Below are positions 1-8,996 of a DNA stretch of 64,000 nt, piece by piece. The notes under the pieces are model-generated. The model was not told the DNA's origin and searched no databases. It was given only the letters and a program-made list of their open reading frames with translations. Within the stretch, counting starts at the first letter, position 1; every line of letters begins with the position of its first letter. The stretch is from positions 32,001-96,000 of the IMG/VR virus record IMGVR_UViG_3300031992_000005, one strand, 5' to 3'. The DNA comes from a virus. The position numbers and the translations under genes are program-made.

Positions 1-39
1 AAGATACACCAGTTTCTCTTAATAGCCCGTTCATATAAA

Positions 40-228
40 TTAATCAAGCTTTAATACATCCAAGTATCCGCTATTTTCATTAAGAGTGGCATCTGATGTC
101 TTACCCTCAATAGCTTTTTTATACATTTTTGCAGCAGAACCATCATCATAGATTTCTGTTCTTTGATATGGCTTAGATTTACGATTCTGCCTACTTGGAA
201 GTTTCATAGATTTAACTGATTTAACCAT
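40..228 (-). CDS. hypothetical small basic protein (62 aa)
   Basis: Intact ORF, co-oriented with the upstream ORF and overlapping it by 8 nt in a packed minus-strand operon. No motif recognised. Confidence 0.45.
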   Translation of the reverse strand: MVKSVKSMKLPSRQNRKSKPYQRTEIYDDGSAAKMYKKAIEGKTSDATLNENSGYLDVLKLD

Positions 229-505
229 TGCTCAGCTCAACAAATTCTAAATCTCTTAAAGTAAATGTCCTATTACAAATTTCTTCTAATTCAATAATAG
301 TATGACATTTGCCATCCACTGTTATCCTGAAGCCTATTTTTTTTATTGTAAAAAGCTCATTCTTTTTTCCATGCCAAAGATGATTATTCTGCATAGTCAA
401 GGATACTACTTTTACTTTGGCTCCAATGATATTTTCATAAGCAGCAACTCCGGATTGTTCATCCCTTGAAATAAGTCGCTGATCATCTATACAAAATCCT
501 TTCAT
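221..505 (-). CDS. hypothetical protein (94 aa, start refined)
   Basis: The ORF track starts at 547. The in-frame ATG at 505..503 forms an ATGA overlap with the RNase H stop (504..502), as at many junctions in this window. Confidence 0.5.
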   Translation of the reverse strand: MKGFCIDDQRLISRDEQSGVAAYENIIGAKVKVVSLTMQNNHLWHGKKNELFTIKKIGFRITVDGKCHTIIELEEICNRTFTLRDLEFVELSNG

Positions 506-981
506 TCTTTCTCTCCTTTTGCTAAAGAATCTACATAAGAATTCCAATAAGCATCTCTTTGGAGAACGCTTTTCTTTTGATGTCCCTTAACCCAAGCAAA
601 AGTAATATTTATTTTCTTAGTCTGAATTATTTTATCAATATCATCCTTTATAATCTTGATATAGCGCTCCTTTATTCTCCAAGAACCATTCATCCAATCT
701 CTAACACCCTGATAATCGGCATAAAGAGTAACATGTGCTCCCCCGGGTATATTGAATGATTGAAGAGCAACCAAGACTCCTAGCATTTCTGCTGTTGGAT
801 TACTTACTTCAGAAGTTCCTAGGTATCCTTTTAACCAATCCTGTGCTAATTCTTTGGAGAATTTATCCAAGATTGTACCAAATCCACTTCCAGAGGGATC
901 TACTAGGATACCGCCACAACCAAGTCTTTTACTTGTATGCTTTAAGTGAGATCCATCTGTATATATTTCAAGTTCTTTCAT
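502..981 (-). CDS. rnhA: ribonuclease HI (type 1 RNase H)
   Basis: Collinear RNase H1 catalytic pattern: IYTDGS (Asp), NPTAEMLGVLVAL (Glu), LYADYQ (Asp), WVKGH...NSYVDSLAK (His/Asp). Length of 159 aa is typical. Confidence 0.85.
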   Translation of the reverse strand: MKELEIYTDGSHLKHTSKRLGCGGILVDPSGSGFGTILDKFSKELAQDWLKGYLGTSEVSNPTAEMLGVLVALQSFNIPGGAHVTLYADYQGVRDWMNGSWRIKERYIKIIKDDIDKIIQTKKINITFAWVKGHQKKSVLQRDAYWNSYVDSLAKGEKE

Positions 982-1433
982 ATTGTTATTATTCCTTTCT
1001 CGGATTTAAATTCAAACGGCTCTAGGTTTAGGTTAAAATCTTTTTTACAAAAGTCCCTAAACTCGGTCGTGCCTATGTCACAGAGATCTCCTAAGTTAAG
1101 TAAAAATTCTTCTAGGTTCTTCTGCTTTAAGTTACTGTGAGTCTTTACAAAAAGATATGTAAATTTATCAAGATTATCAATTAAGGTATCGGGATCTTCT
1201 TCTAATATAAAGGCTCCACTATATACATATAATGAATCTATTAGGTCTATCCAGTCCCAAGATATAGAAAGAGAATTTCCTTTACTTAAGTAATATAAAA
1301 TACTTCTTGTTGGCTTTTCTCGTAGGATTATATATTCATTCCTAGATATAACAATATCTTTTAACCTGGTGGGACTTTTACCTTTACTGTAATCAAGAGA
1401 AAGAAAATTCTTTAAAATTTCTCTATTCGTCAT
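978..1433 (-). CDS. hypothetical protein (151 aa)
   Basis: Intact ORF whose stop forms an ATGA overlap with the RNase H start (978-981). No motif recognised. Confidence 0.6.
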   Translation of the reverse strand: MTNREILKNFLSLDYSKGKSPTRLKDIVISRNEYIILREKPTRSILYYLSKGNSLSISWDWIDLIDSLYVYSGAFILEEDPDTLIDNLDKFTYLFVKTHSNLKQKNLEEFLLNLGDLCDIGTTEFRDFCKKDFNLNLEPFEFKSEKGIITI

Positions 1434-1695
1434 CTTTCAAATTACTAATTAAAGTTTCCATTGGCCAACCACTTCTCACTAGAATGGTTTTTGTATCCCA
1501 AAATAATTGAAAACCTGCACTATCACATATATGTACAATACCTAGGCGGTCATATAGCTCTTGTAGGTCTTCTTCATTATAGAAAGTTATTCCAAGAACT
1601 CCTCCAAGCTGATACGTAAAAATCACACTCCTAGGAAATAATTCAGCTTCAACAAGAAGATCTTCAACTTGTTCTTGTATTTTTTCTTCTAACAT
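1423..1695 (-). CDS. hypothetical acidic protein (90 aa)
   Basis: Intact ORF overlapping the downstream gene by 11 nt. No motif recognised. Confidence 0.55.
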   Translation of the reverse strand: MLEEKIQEQVEDLLVEAELFPRSVIFTYQLGGVLGITFYNEEDLQELYDRLGIVHICDSAGFQLFWDTKTILVRSGWPMETLISNLKDDE

Positions 1696-1714
1696 AAATC
1701 ATATGTTTTTTATT

Positions 1715-2926
1715 TTATTCAATTGGATAAATATCCGATGCGTAAGTACTCCAACCTTCGGCTGCTTTATATACATCTAGACTTTCAGATGGGACGTAGA
1801 ATTTACGACCAGAGGCGTTACCTTCGAATACAGTAATACCCAATTCTGGTGGAGTTGTTGCTAGAATTGTTACGCTAGAAAGATTATTATTATTGTAAAA
1901 TGCATTTTTTTTAATGCTAGTAACTGAGCTTGGTATAGTAACTGCAGTCAAACTATTAGCTGCAAATGCACTTTCGTCAATAATTTTAATACTATCGGAA
2001 AAAGTGATATCTGTTAATGAACAAGCAGCAAAAGCCGAATTACCTATTGACTGTACCCCATATAAAAATTCAACATTTTTTAGATTACTGCAACTTACGA
2101 ATGCTTGTTCAGCTATATTAATGATTGAGCCCGGTATTGTAACCGAGGTTAAACTACTGCAAGTACCAAATGCCATATAGTCAATGCTGGTTACTGAGTC
2201 AGGTATCGTAATAGAAGTTAAGGCAGAACATCCTTGAAATGCCTGATTACCAATACTTGTAACTGAATCTGGAATTGTAATGGAAGTTAAAGAAGAGCAA
2301 CCACTAAATGCTCTACTACCTATACCAGTAACTCCGTCACCTAAAGTAATACATGTTACCTTTCTACAGCCTGAAACGAGGTCATTAGGAACATCAATCT
2401 TCGCATTAAATATTAATTTACTAAACACTTCACTATTATAAATTCCCTGAAGAATTGCAGTTCCTATATAAGTGACTGAACTAGGTATCGTTAGTTCAGT
2501 TAATTCAAAACATCCACCAAATGCGCTATCACCTATACTAGTAACTGAATCTGGAATATTTATGGTTACTATTCCACTACCACCAAAAGCACCCTGACCA
2601 ATACTAGTAACTGAATTTGGAATCATTACTTCGATATTTCCACAACCAACAAATGCACTGTTACCAATACTAGTAACGGAGTTCGGAATTATTACTTTTG
2701 TTAAATTATGGAGTCCACTAAACATGCTTGGAGGAACGATAGTACTGTCTACTAAACTATACTTCACTGTATGTTCCCCCAGTGAATCAAAGGTATATGT
2801 CTTAGTAATTTCAGTTAATTCGATCCCATCGACCTCAACGTTAATGAAATCACCTAGGGATACAGAATTGACACTACTAATTATCTGTGTTGCCTCTTCT
2901 GTACTAGTAACATTAAACTTAGCCAC
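1715..2926 (-). CDS. BspA-type leucine-rich-repeat protein (start codon doubtful; see G10 tract)
   Basis: About 12 tandem ~23-aa repeats of the form IP.SVTSIG..AF.GC..L (BspA-like LRR). The track 'M' is a GTG at 2926..2924 and the first in-frame ATG is 67 codons downstream. The frame stays open upstream to 2974. Confidence 0.8.
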   Translation of the reverse strand: MAKFNVTSTEEATQIISSVNSVSLGDFINVEVDGIELTEITKTYTFDSLGEHTVKYSLVDSTIVPPSMFSGLHNLTKVIIPNSVTSIGNSAFVGCGNIEVMIPNSVTSIGQGAFGGSGIVTINIPDSVTSIGDSAFGGCFELTELTIPSSVTYIGTAILQGIYNSEVFSKLIFNAKIDVPNDLVSGCRKVTCITLGDGVTGIGSRAFSGCSSLTSITIPDSVTSIGNQAFQGCSALTSITIPDSVTSIDYMAFGTCSSLTSVTIPGSIINIAEQAFVSCSNLKNVEFLYGVQSIGNSAFAACSLTDITFSDSIKIIDESAFAANSLTAVTIPSSVTSIKKNAFYNNNNLSSVTILATTPPELGITVFEGNASGRKFYVPSESLDVYKAAEGWSTYASDIYPIE

Positions 2927-2937
2927 GATTCGAGTTT

Positions 2938-3093
2938 CTACGGGTTCAGATTCTCCCCCCCCCCTATGAGGTCCTCACTATTGAGAGATGGAAAGTAATC
3001 GCTCTTAACCCTTTTCTTTACATTCGCATAAATATATTCGCTCAATGTATCTCCTCCTAATTCATGGGAGAAACAGTCATTTACGTTGCTCAT
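2938..3093 (-). CDS. 51-codon leader ORF, probably the displaced N-terminus of the LRR protein
   Basis: The ATG at 3093..3091 forms an ATGA overlap with the stop of the upstream gene. The ORF runs through the G10 tract and stops 5 codons later (TAG 2940..2938). One extra G would fuse it in frame to the LRR ORF, giving a 459-aa product. Confidence 0.4.
   Translation of the reverse strand: MSNVNDCFSHELGGDTLSEYIYANVKKRVKSDYFPSLNSEDLIGGGENLNP
2955..2964. repeat. homopolymer tract C10 (+) / G10 on the coding strand
   Basis: Counted directly: ttct-cccccccccc-tatg. It lies between the leader ORF frame and the LRR frame. Confidence 0.95.
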
Positions 3094-3515
3094 ATTATTA
3101 TCTCATTTATCCTATTAGTTAATAAGCCAGAATTATTTAGTATATCAGCTAGGACGTGTCTGTGACAATTTTCATAGCTGCTACCATATCCTAAGAGAAC
3201 AATTGCTTTTGCTCCACAGCATTCCACAAGTTGTTCAAAAGTCCTAATTACTTTTTCCAAATTGACCTGGCTTATTTCAATTGCGTATCTTTTCTCAAAT
3301 TCTTCCTGTGTAATTAGGTTATCTCTCTTTGCCCTGAATAATTCATTACTAGGGGCAAGATCTTTCATATGTATTGGAGTATCTGAATATCCTCCAATTA
3401 ACGTAGAATTCTTTATGTTTCTGATTATAAAAATTGGTAAGAATTCTTTTTCAATATAATCCTTTAGTGTTAATGGTGACACGAAGGATGTATAAATTTT
3501 CAAATCTGTTTTCAT
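3090..3515 (-). CDS. DUF488 (YeaO-like) family protein, tentative
   Basis: Motif string LAPSNELF..K...IT.EEFEKRY..E ... VLLGYG....CHRHVLADIL resembles the DUF488 pattern (LAPS.eL, eF..Y..E, C.E..CHR..la..l). Judged from memory of the family only. Confidence 0.5.
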   Translation of the reverse strand: MKTDLKIYTSFVSPLTLKDYIEKEFLPIFIIRNIKNSTLIGGYSDTPIHMKDLAPSNELFRAKRDNLITQEEFEKRYAIEISQVNLEKVIRTFEQLVECCGAKAIVLLGYGSSYENCHRHVLADILNNSGLLTNRINEIII

Positions 3516-3524
3516 TTACTCGTT

Positions 3525-3950
3525 CTAAAGTTTAGACCCACCAAACTTCCTATACGAGCTTCTAAATCCTGTTGCACTAGCAAATCCTCCTCCAGTTTTC
3601 TGTTTCCCTTTACTAGGGGTGGTGTTAGATTGCTGGTTACTATTGCTGTTATTATTCCCGCTTCCGAACTTTTGGCCGCTAAGCATAAAGCCTGAGGGAG
3701 CGGTATTTAATCTTTTTATTAGTTTCATATTTCCTTCAATAATAGCTCTCATCGTGGCAGAGTCTACGTGATAGGAAATGTCAGGACAATCTAGGAGATC
3801 TACCTTTGACATTCCCGATGTTTGAAGGAAATTATTTAACATAACTAATGCTTCCGTTAGATTAGAAGCTACCATAAGTGAGTCTGTAGTAGGTTCATAG
3901 ACTGCATAGTTGTTCTTTGTTTTATCAAATTTAATAACAACTTCAACCAT
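3525..3950 (-). CDS. hypothetical protein with G/N/S/Q-rich basic tail (141 aa)
   Basis: Intact ORF with a low-complexity C-terminus (GSGNNNSNSNQQSNTTPSKGKQKTGGG). Confidence 0.6.
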   Translation of the reverse strand: MVEVVIKFDKTKNNYAVYEPTTDSLMVASNLTEALVMLNNFLQTSGMSKVDLLDCPDISYHVDSATMRAIIEGNMKLIKRLNTAPSGFMLSGQKFGSGNNNSNSNQQSNTTPSKGKQKTGGGFASATGFRSSYRKFGGSKL

Positions 3951-3954
3951 TTAG

Positions 3955-4356
3955 TTAAATAATTATTGCTAATAAGATGCCCAATACAAATCCTCCTCCT
4001 GCACCTAAGACAGTTTTGAAGAAAGATTTTTTCTTAAGCTTTTCATTTTCTTGATATAATCTCTTAGACTGATCTAAGTAATATTCTTCTTTAATTCTCT
4101 CTCTTTCCTGGATCTCTACGATAATAGAGTCCTTTATTCCAAGCTGTTCATCTTTTATAGTTAAGAGGGAGTCCATTATAACACTTTCTCTCATTCTATA
4201 CTCCCAATCTGCAATAATACCATTAATTGTTTTTAATTCTTGTGGTGTTATTGTAATAAGAGTATCTATGCCGATGACAACTTTTTTCTGTGAATATAAA
4301 GAAGAAGGGATAAAAAGAAAAGCTAAGAGAATAGTAATCATCCTAATAGTTTTCAT
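3955..4356 (-). CDS. secreted/membrane coiled-coil protein (133 aa)
   Basis: N-terminal signal-like hydrophobic stretch (ITILLAFLFIPSSLYSQ), a charged heptad-like middle and a C-terminal TM segment (GAGGGFVLGILLAIII). Confidence 0.6.
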   Translation of the reverse strand: MKTIRMITILLAFLFIPSSLYSQKKVVIGIDTLITITPQELKTINGIIADWEYRMRESVIMDSLLTIKDEQLGIKDSIIVEIQERERIKEEYYLDQSKRLYQENEKLKKKSFFKTVLGAGGGFVLGILLAIII

Positions 4357-4666
4357 ACTCTCTTAGTTTTTTCCCGAGATATTTTACTGCATCATCGGTA
4401 GATAGGTTTTTCACTTGTTCTATTTCTACCCCTCTTTGGCTCTCGAGTATCCAAAGGGCTTCTTTCAATGCATTGTTCATTAATTCTAGGCTATCTCCTC
4501 TCCTACTGAGAGAATCAATTCTATCATTCTCCTTTTGTACCAGGGAGTCAGGTATAATTATATCCCCTGGCATTACTGGTTTAGGTTGGTAGATTCCTTT
4601 ACCAAGGAGGAATCCACCAATCATACCCAATATGAAGGAACTTATAATTTTAAGATACTTCTTCAT
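4343..4666 (-). CDS. N-terminally anchored membrane protein (107 aa)
   Basis: A single N-terminal TM segment (IISSFILGMIGGFLLG) followed by a charged helical region. Overlaps the downstream gene by 14 nt. Confidence 0.6.
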   Translation of the reverse strand: MKKYLKIISSFILGMIGGFLLGKGIYQPKPVMPGDIIIPDSLVQKENDRIDSLSRRGDSLELMNNALKEALWILESQRGVEIEQVKNLSTDDAVKYLGKKLREYENY

Positions 4667-5237
4667 TAGCTTCAGTCACATATATTCCTATTCTATATTC
4701 GATCCCATCTTTCTTGAGGTAATTTACATAGTTATGAAATATTCTATAGTCTTTTTCTCCATCTCTTTGGATCATATGTGAATCCCAGCCATTAGATTCT
4801 GTTAATCTGGTTGCCAGGTATTCCAACTTATGAACCTTAGGACCATACTCAGTGAGAAGTTCTAGGCTAGAATTAGGATTCATTTTATCCTTCATTTCTT
4901 CAAGTTCCTTATAAACTTCTTCCTTAGTCATAATATTAGATGGAAATTCCTCCAACTTATATTGTTTTGGATCCGTCTGATTAGTAACAGTATTAATAAA
5001 TTGATCTCCTACTTTCTTACTGCTAATCTCCGCCAGGACTGCATTATAGTTTTTATTACCATTAATGAAATCCTTTATGTCAGTTAGAGTTTTCAGACTA
5101 GTTGTCATTCCAAGGCTAACAAATACGCCTAGGGGTCTTGTTAAATCTTTTCCATCTTCACTATTAACGTAAAAAGTTTTATACGTGGGCTGGTAAAATA
5201 ACTTTACCAGCTCATGTACCTTATCTCTATTAATCAT
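4650..5237 (-). CDS. hypothetical protein (195 aa)
   Basis: Intact co-oriented ORF. No motif recognised. Confidence 0.6.
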   Translation of the reverse strand: MINRDKVHELVKLFYQPTYKTFYVNSEDGKDLTRPLGVFVSLGMTTSLKTLTDIKDFINGNKNYNAVLAEISSKKVGDQFINTVTNQTDPKQYKLEEFPSNIMTKEEVYKELEEMKDKMNPNSSLELLTEYGPKVHKLEYLATRLTESNGWDSHMIQRDGEKDYRIFHNYVNYLKKDGIEYRIGIYVTEANEEVS

Positions 5238-5249
5238 TTTTCTATAGTT

Positions 5250-7040
5250 TTAATCCGCATATGAGCGATTGAAATTCTTTACAATGAAATTCGGCGCCCA
5301 TGTAAAGTTGTTATTGTAGTTAGACCTTCCATAATTGAAGCCATACACTGTATACTTAGGCATGTTCTTCAATACGTCGTTCCATTCTTCCAGATAATCT
5401 TCAAAGTCACTAACTACGATCAGTATAGAATCGGGTCTGTAGTTTTCCTTGAAGTACTGAATACCACGAGCTAGTCTTGTTCCACCACCAGAATGAATCT
5501 TTTCTACTCTTTCACCAGCTTTGATATTTCTGATATGTTCACCCATCCTAGTATTCCAAGTGATGATATCATATAGAAGACCCCTATTGATTGATCGCAT
5601 CTTTCTTGAAATGGTAGCTAAGATTCTGTCAATCAGAACAGTATCCATAGAGCCTGAGATATCAATAAGATATACAATCTTTGGTTTCGTATTGATACTG
5701 AACTTTGGTGTAATGGATGGAACTATAGCCGATCGAATCTTTCCGAGGTTATAGTTTCTCATAACGCTTCTCTCGAAACTGATCTTAAGAACTCTTGATC
5801 GAGTCTTATTAATCACTTCCTCAATAGCATCGTCAACTGGATCTTGCTTAGTAGTTATTCTTACACCGTCAGATCCACCTGAGCTTCCACAACCTGCTCC
5901 TCCACCGGCAGTAATTTGACCTAGTTCACGTGATTTATCTGCAGCGTCACGTTCTGTAGTTCTATGATCCTTATGAGTTCCTCCAGAAAGTTCCATGAAG
6001 TTCGAATCTCTCTTTCCAATGTACTTACTTAGTGCGTCTTTTCCGTTTTCCTTAAAACCACCAGAATTGCTGGTATCATTACCACTAGCACCTCCATTAG
6101 AACCAGAGTTTTGATCTCCCTGTTGATCCTGACCAGATTGTCCTTGACCATCCTGACCATCTTCGATCATACCAAGCTGTCTCATCATATCAGTCAAGCT
6201 TGTCATGCCATTTCCAAGTGCTTGAGCCAATTCATCATCTGTAACGCTGCTAGTATCTCCATTACCGCCGGAGCTAATACTAACCAACATCTTCACAAAC
6301 TGACTTATGTTCTTGATAATCAGAATCAGGTATTCAGGATAAGTTAAGCCAATTGGGAATGGACTACCATCCGAAAGATGATAGAAACTAGGGTGCATAA
6401 ACTTGATCTTAGCTTCTTTGGCCATCTTATCCAGGAGTTCATCAATCTTTTTCTTAATATGATCTGGAACGTTTTCTTGATCTCTAATTCCCTTTAATAC
6501 CTCTTCCTCCACTTTTGGTAGGGTTGAAGTTACTCCATTCTGCATAGTTTCAATACAGTCTAAGTCAAGAATCACTGAGTTAACTTCAAAATCCATTGCA
6601 ATATTATGGAGGGAGTGATTGAGAACTGGATCATCTATGATTCGATTAATCAGATCTTCCGCAAAATCAATCTTACATTCATTATTAATTCGATCGATTA
6701 ATTCTCCTCTATAGATTTTCAGAACACTTGCTACTTTTCTATCAAGCTCTTCATAAATACCATCAAGATGTGCAAGATAGATGTGACCATACTCATGCAT
6801 CTTAATGAAGTATTCAGTAGTTTGAAGAAGCTTATCATTGCCATCTTTATCCAACTTGGCTACAACCACATTATACAATGTTTTTCCTCCACTTGCATCT
6901 GCAAATTTCCAGGAGTAACCAAGTTCTGGATTATAAGGATCAAACGGCTTATTTAAGTTTTCTATTAACCGATACTGACCCCTATTGTAAGCTCTTTTAA
7001 CCAGGTTTTCAATAGGTCTGAGCTCATTAACAGTTTTCAT
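5250..7040 (-). CDS. vWA-domain protein with N-terminal HExxH metallopeptidase-like domain (DUF2201-like)
   Basis: HEYGH (HExxH) near the N-terminus and a Gly/Gln/Ser-rich linker. The C-terminal vWA MIDAS motif is IVYLIDISGSMD, followed by SGGGT and VVSDFED. It sits next to an AAA+ ATPase, as in MoxR/vWA pairs. Confidence 0.8.
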   Translation of the reverse strand: MKTVNELRPIENLVKRAYNRGQYRLIENLNKPFDPYNPELGYSWKFADASGGKTLYNVVVAKLDKDGNDKLLQTTEYFIKMHEYGHIYLAHLDGIYEELDRKVASVLKIYRGELIDRINNECKIDFAEDLINRIIDDPVLNHSLHNIAMDFEVNSVILDLDCIETMQNGVTSTLPKVEEEVLKGIRDQENVPDHIKKKIDELLDKMAKEAKIKFMHPSFYHLSDGSPFPIGLTYPEYLILIIKNISQFVKMLVSISSGGNGDTSSVTDDELAQALGNGMTSLTDMMRQLGMIEDGQDGQGQSGQDQQGDQNSGSNGGASGNDTSNSGGFKENGKDALSKYIGKRDSNFMELSGGTHKDHRTTERDAADKSRELGQITAGGGAGCGSSGGSDGVRITTKQDPVDDAIEEVINKTRSRVLKISFERSVMRNYNLGKIRSAIVPSITPKFSINTKPKIVYLIDISGSMDTVLIDRILATISRKMRSINRGLLYDIITWNTRMGEHIRNIKAGERVEKIHSGGGTRLARGIQYFKENYRPDSILIVVSDFEDYLEEWNDVLKNMPKYTVYGFNYGRSNYNNNFTWAPNFIVKNFNRSYAD

Positions 7041-7102
7041 AATTTTTCTATGTATTTAAAGAATTAACCCCAAGAGTTAATACCCCTGGGGTTCAAATGT
7101 TT

Positions 7103-8881
7103 TTACATAATGTCAGGGAATGTTGCTACCAAGTCTGGGCAACTTCTCTGAAGGCCTTTTTTAGTCATCTTAAGATGAGTACTGCACTGTCTACAATCAG
7201 AACGAAGATCGTTCAATGTAGTCTTAACTGTTGCAGGATACTTCTTCGACGGATCTGTAATCAAAGCACCAATCTCAGTAACAAGAGCATTCAAGTTATT
7301 CCAAGCATGGATCTTGCCAATATAGTCCTCTGGATTTGCCTTGATTTCATCAATCAAGTTACCACCGTTAGAACTACTGATCTTATTGGAAATGGACTTC
7401 GTAATCGTGCTCTTGATACTGCTGCAGATCTTTGAAATGATATCTTCGTCGAGTGGACGATCAATCGTATCAATTTCCTTGTCTGCACGAAGCTCCTTAA
7501 TCTTATTGGTGAGAATATTCATATCACCAATCGAGAATACCGTTCTTGTCTCATTCCCGATGAATGAGCGGAAGAATTCCTGATATTCTGGAAGCTTATT
7601 GCTCGTCATCTTTTCGATATCGTTCGAAGTATCACAGATGTTCATAAAGAATCGATCTGTCAGGATATTTCTTACAACCTCCCTAGTCTTAGGATCTCTT
7701 GTCAATCCAAGACCAATAGTACCGTTGATAATATTCTTAAAATTATCAGACATCAAACCTTCCTTTCCGAAGCAAGCATAACATGCTACAGCTGCATCAA
7801 GGAGATAGTTGAGCGTACGATACGTTGTGAGATTGCTAAGTGGCTCATCCACCTCATTTGTATCGGAATAAATATCCTTCATACTTGTGACATTGAAGTC
7901 AAGCAAACCTTCCTTCTGGAGAGCTTTTGCTTCTGTATTCAGGTTATTCTCGATATATTCACCCGCCTTATGAAGGAAATCTTCATCCAATGGCTTTTCT
8001 TGTGCCATAAGAGCACTCATAGATTTCTTGATCTCTTCAAATAGATCAATTCTCTTACCTGCAAGTGATCCCTGATACTTGCACAGATAATGATCAAGAT
8101 CATTAGCCTTTGGCTGGATATTGAATATGATGAAGCGGTTCAACATTGGAGCCAGAACTGTCATTTCATCTGACAGGTTTTCCGCATAATTACCGGCAGC
8201 TACAATTAATGTATCATCTGGCAATAACTCATCATGACATTTTCTATCGAACACTAGGTTTAGGGCTGCACCTTGAGTCTGTGGATTTGCTGTAGTCAAC
8301 TCATCAAGGAAGAGGAGAGTTTTCTTACCCTGCTCTTTGTTCTTGAGAATCTTCTGAAACCAAGATGGTCTGATATGCTTAGCTGAAGCATGATCATCGT
8401 TGGTCAACGCCTGTACGTTCGCAGACCCCTTCTTCGTAAGATCTTCAACCATCTTGTGGAATTCAGCGGTTGCAAATTCATTGAACTTTGCCTTGAACTC
8501 CTCAGGAATATTGTAATCTGAGCAAGAATCATCGATAAACTTCAAAAAACTGCCTTTTAAGGATTTCAATGAATGGGCAAACTGTTCTGTTGTTTTACAA
8601 ACTGCCTTATTGATTTCCTCTCCGCTAGTTTCAGATTTTACAGTGTCATAACCCGTAATAGTGTCTGGAGTTTCATTACTGATTCGAAGCAATACTAGCT
8701 CGTAATCATTAATTTCGGCAAAGAGCTTGACAGCAGTACTTTTTCCTACACCAATATTGCTAATAAGCAGGATGTTAGGAATGTCTATTGATCGGTCCTT
8801 TGCTCTCATCTCCATACATTTACGTGTGATTTGTAACGCGTAAAAGATGTTCGTGTCGATTGAATTGTTAAAATTAACCAT
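7103..8881 (-). CDS. AAA+ ATPase, MoxR/CobS-like, with ~300-aa C-terminal extension
   Basis: Walker A SNIGVGKST, Walker B TLLFLDELT, sensor-1-like IVAAGNYA. Paired with the downstream vWA gene. Confidence 0.8.
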   Translation of the reverse strand: MVNFNNSIDTNIFYALQITRKCMEMRAKDRSIDIPNILLISNIGVGKSTAVKLFAEINDYELVLLRISNETPDTITGYDTVKSETSGEEINKAVCKTTEQFAHSLKSLKGSFLKFIDDSCSDYNIPEEFKAKFNEFATAEFHKMVEDLTKKGSANVQALTNDDHASAKHIRPSWFQKILKNKEQGKKTLLFLDELTTANPQTQGAALNLVFDRKCHDELLPDDTLIVAAGNYAENLSDEMTVLAPMLNRFIIFNIQPKANDLDHYLCKYQGSLAGKRIDLFEEIKKSMSALMAQEKPLDEDFLHKAGEYIENNLNTEAKALQKEGLLDFNVTSMKDIYSDTNEVDEPLSNLTTYRTLNYLLDAAVACYACFGKEGLMSDNFKNIINGTIGLGLTRDPKTREVVRNILTDRFFMNICDTSNDIEKMTSNKLPEYQEFFRSFIGNETRTVFSIGDMNILTNKIKELRADKEIDTIDRPLDEDIISKICSSIKSTITKSISNKISSSNGGNLIDEIKANPEDYIGKIHAWNNLNALVTEIGALITDPSKKYPATVKTTLNDLRSDCRQCSTHLKMTKKGLQRSCPDLVATFPDIM

Positions 8882-8923
8882 TTTTCTTACAACTTGAATT
8901 TTTTAATTTAAAATTAAACATGA

Positions 8924-8952
8924 GTTATCATATATAAGATTTTAACGGGGTT
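8924..8952 (-). promoter_or_regulatory. promoter-like motif (recurrent consensus)
   Basis: The minus strand reads AACCCCGTTAAAATCTTATATATGATAAC, about 45 nt upstream of the ATG at 8881. Near-identical boxes occur at 22511 and 35636. Confidence 0.45.
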
Positions 8953-8968
8953 ATATATGCAAAAATGC

Positions 8969-8993
8969 AAATAAAAAGGGGGAATATCCCCCT
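8969..8993 (-). terminator. intrinsic terminator
   Basis: GGGGG-ATATT-CCCCC hairpin immediately after the stop of the 8997..9890 gene, followed on the minus strand by TTTTTAT. Confidence 0.65.
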
Positions 8994-8996
8994 ATT

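Noticed and set aside
7041-7102. Hairpin AACCCCA...TGGGGTT between the AAA+ and vWA genes as a terminator.
   Set aside because: The 14-nt loop and the lack of a clear T-run on the minus strand argue against it. The two genes are a functional pair and are probably co-transcribed, so this may be a processing or stability element at most.
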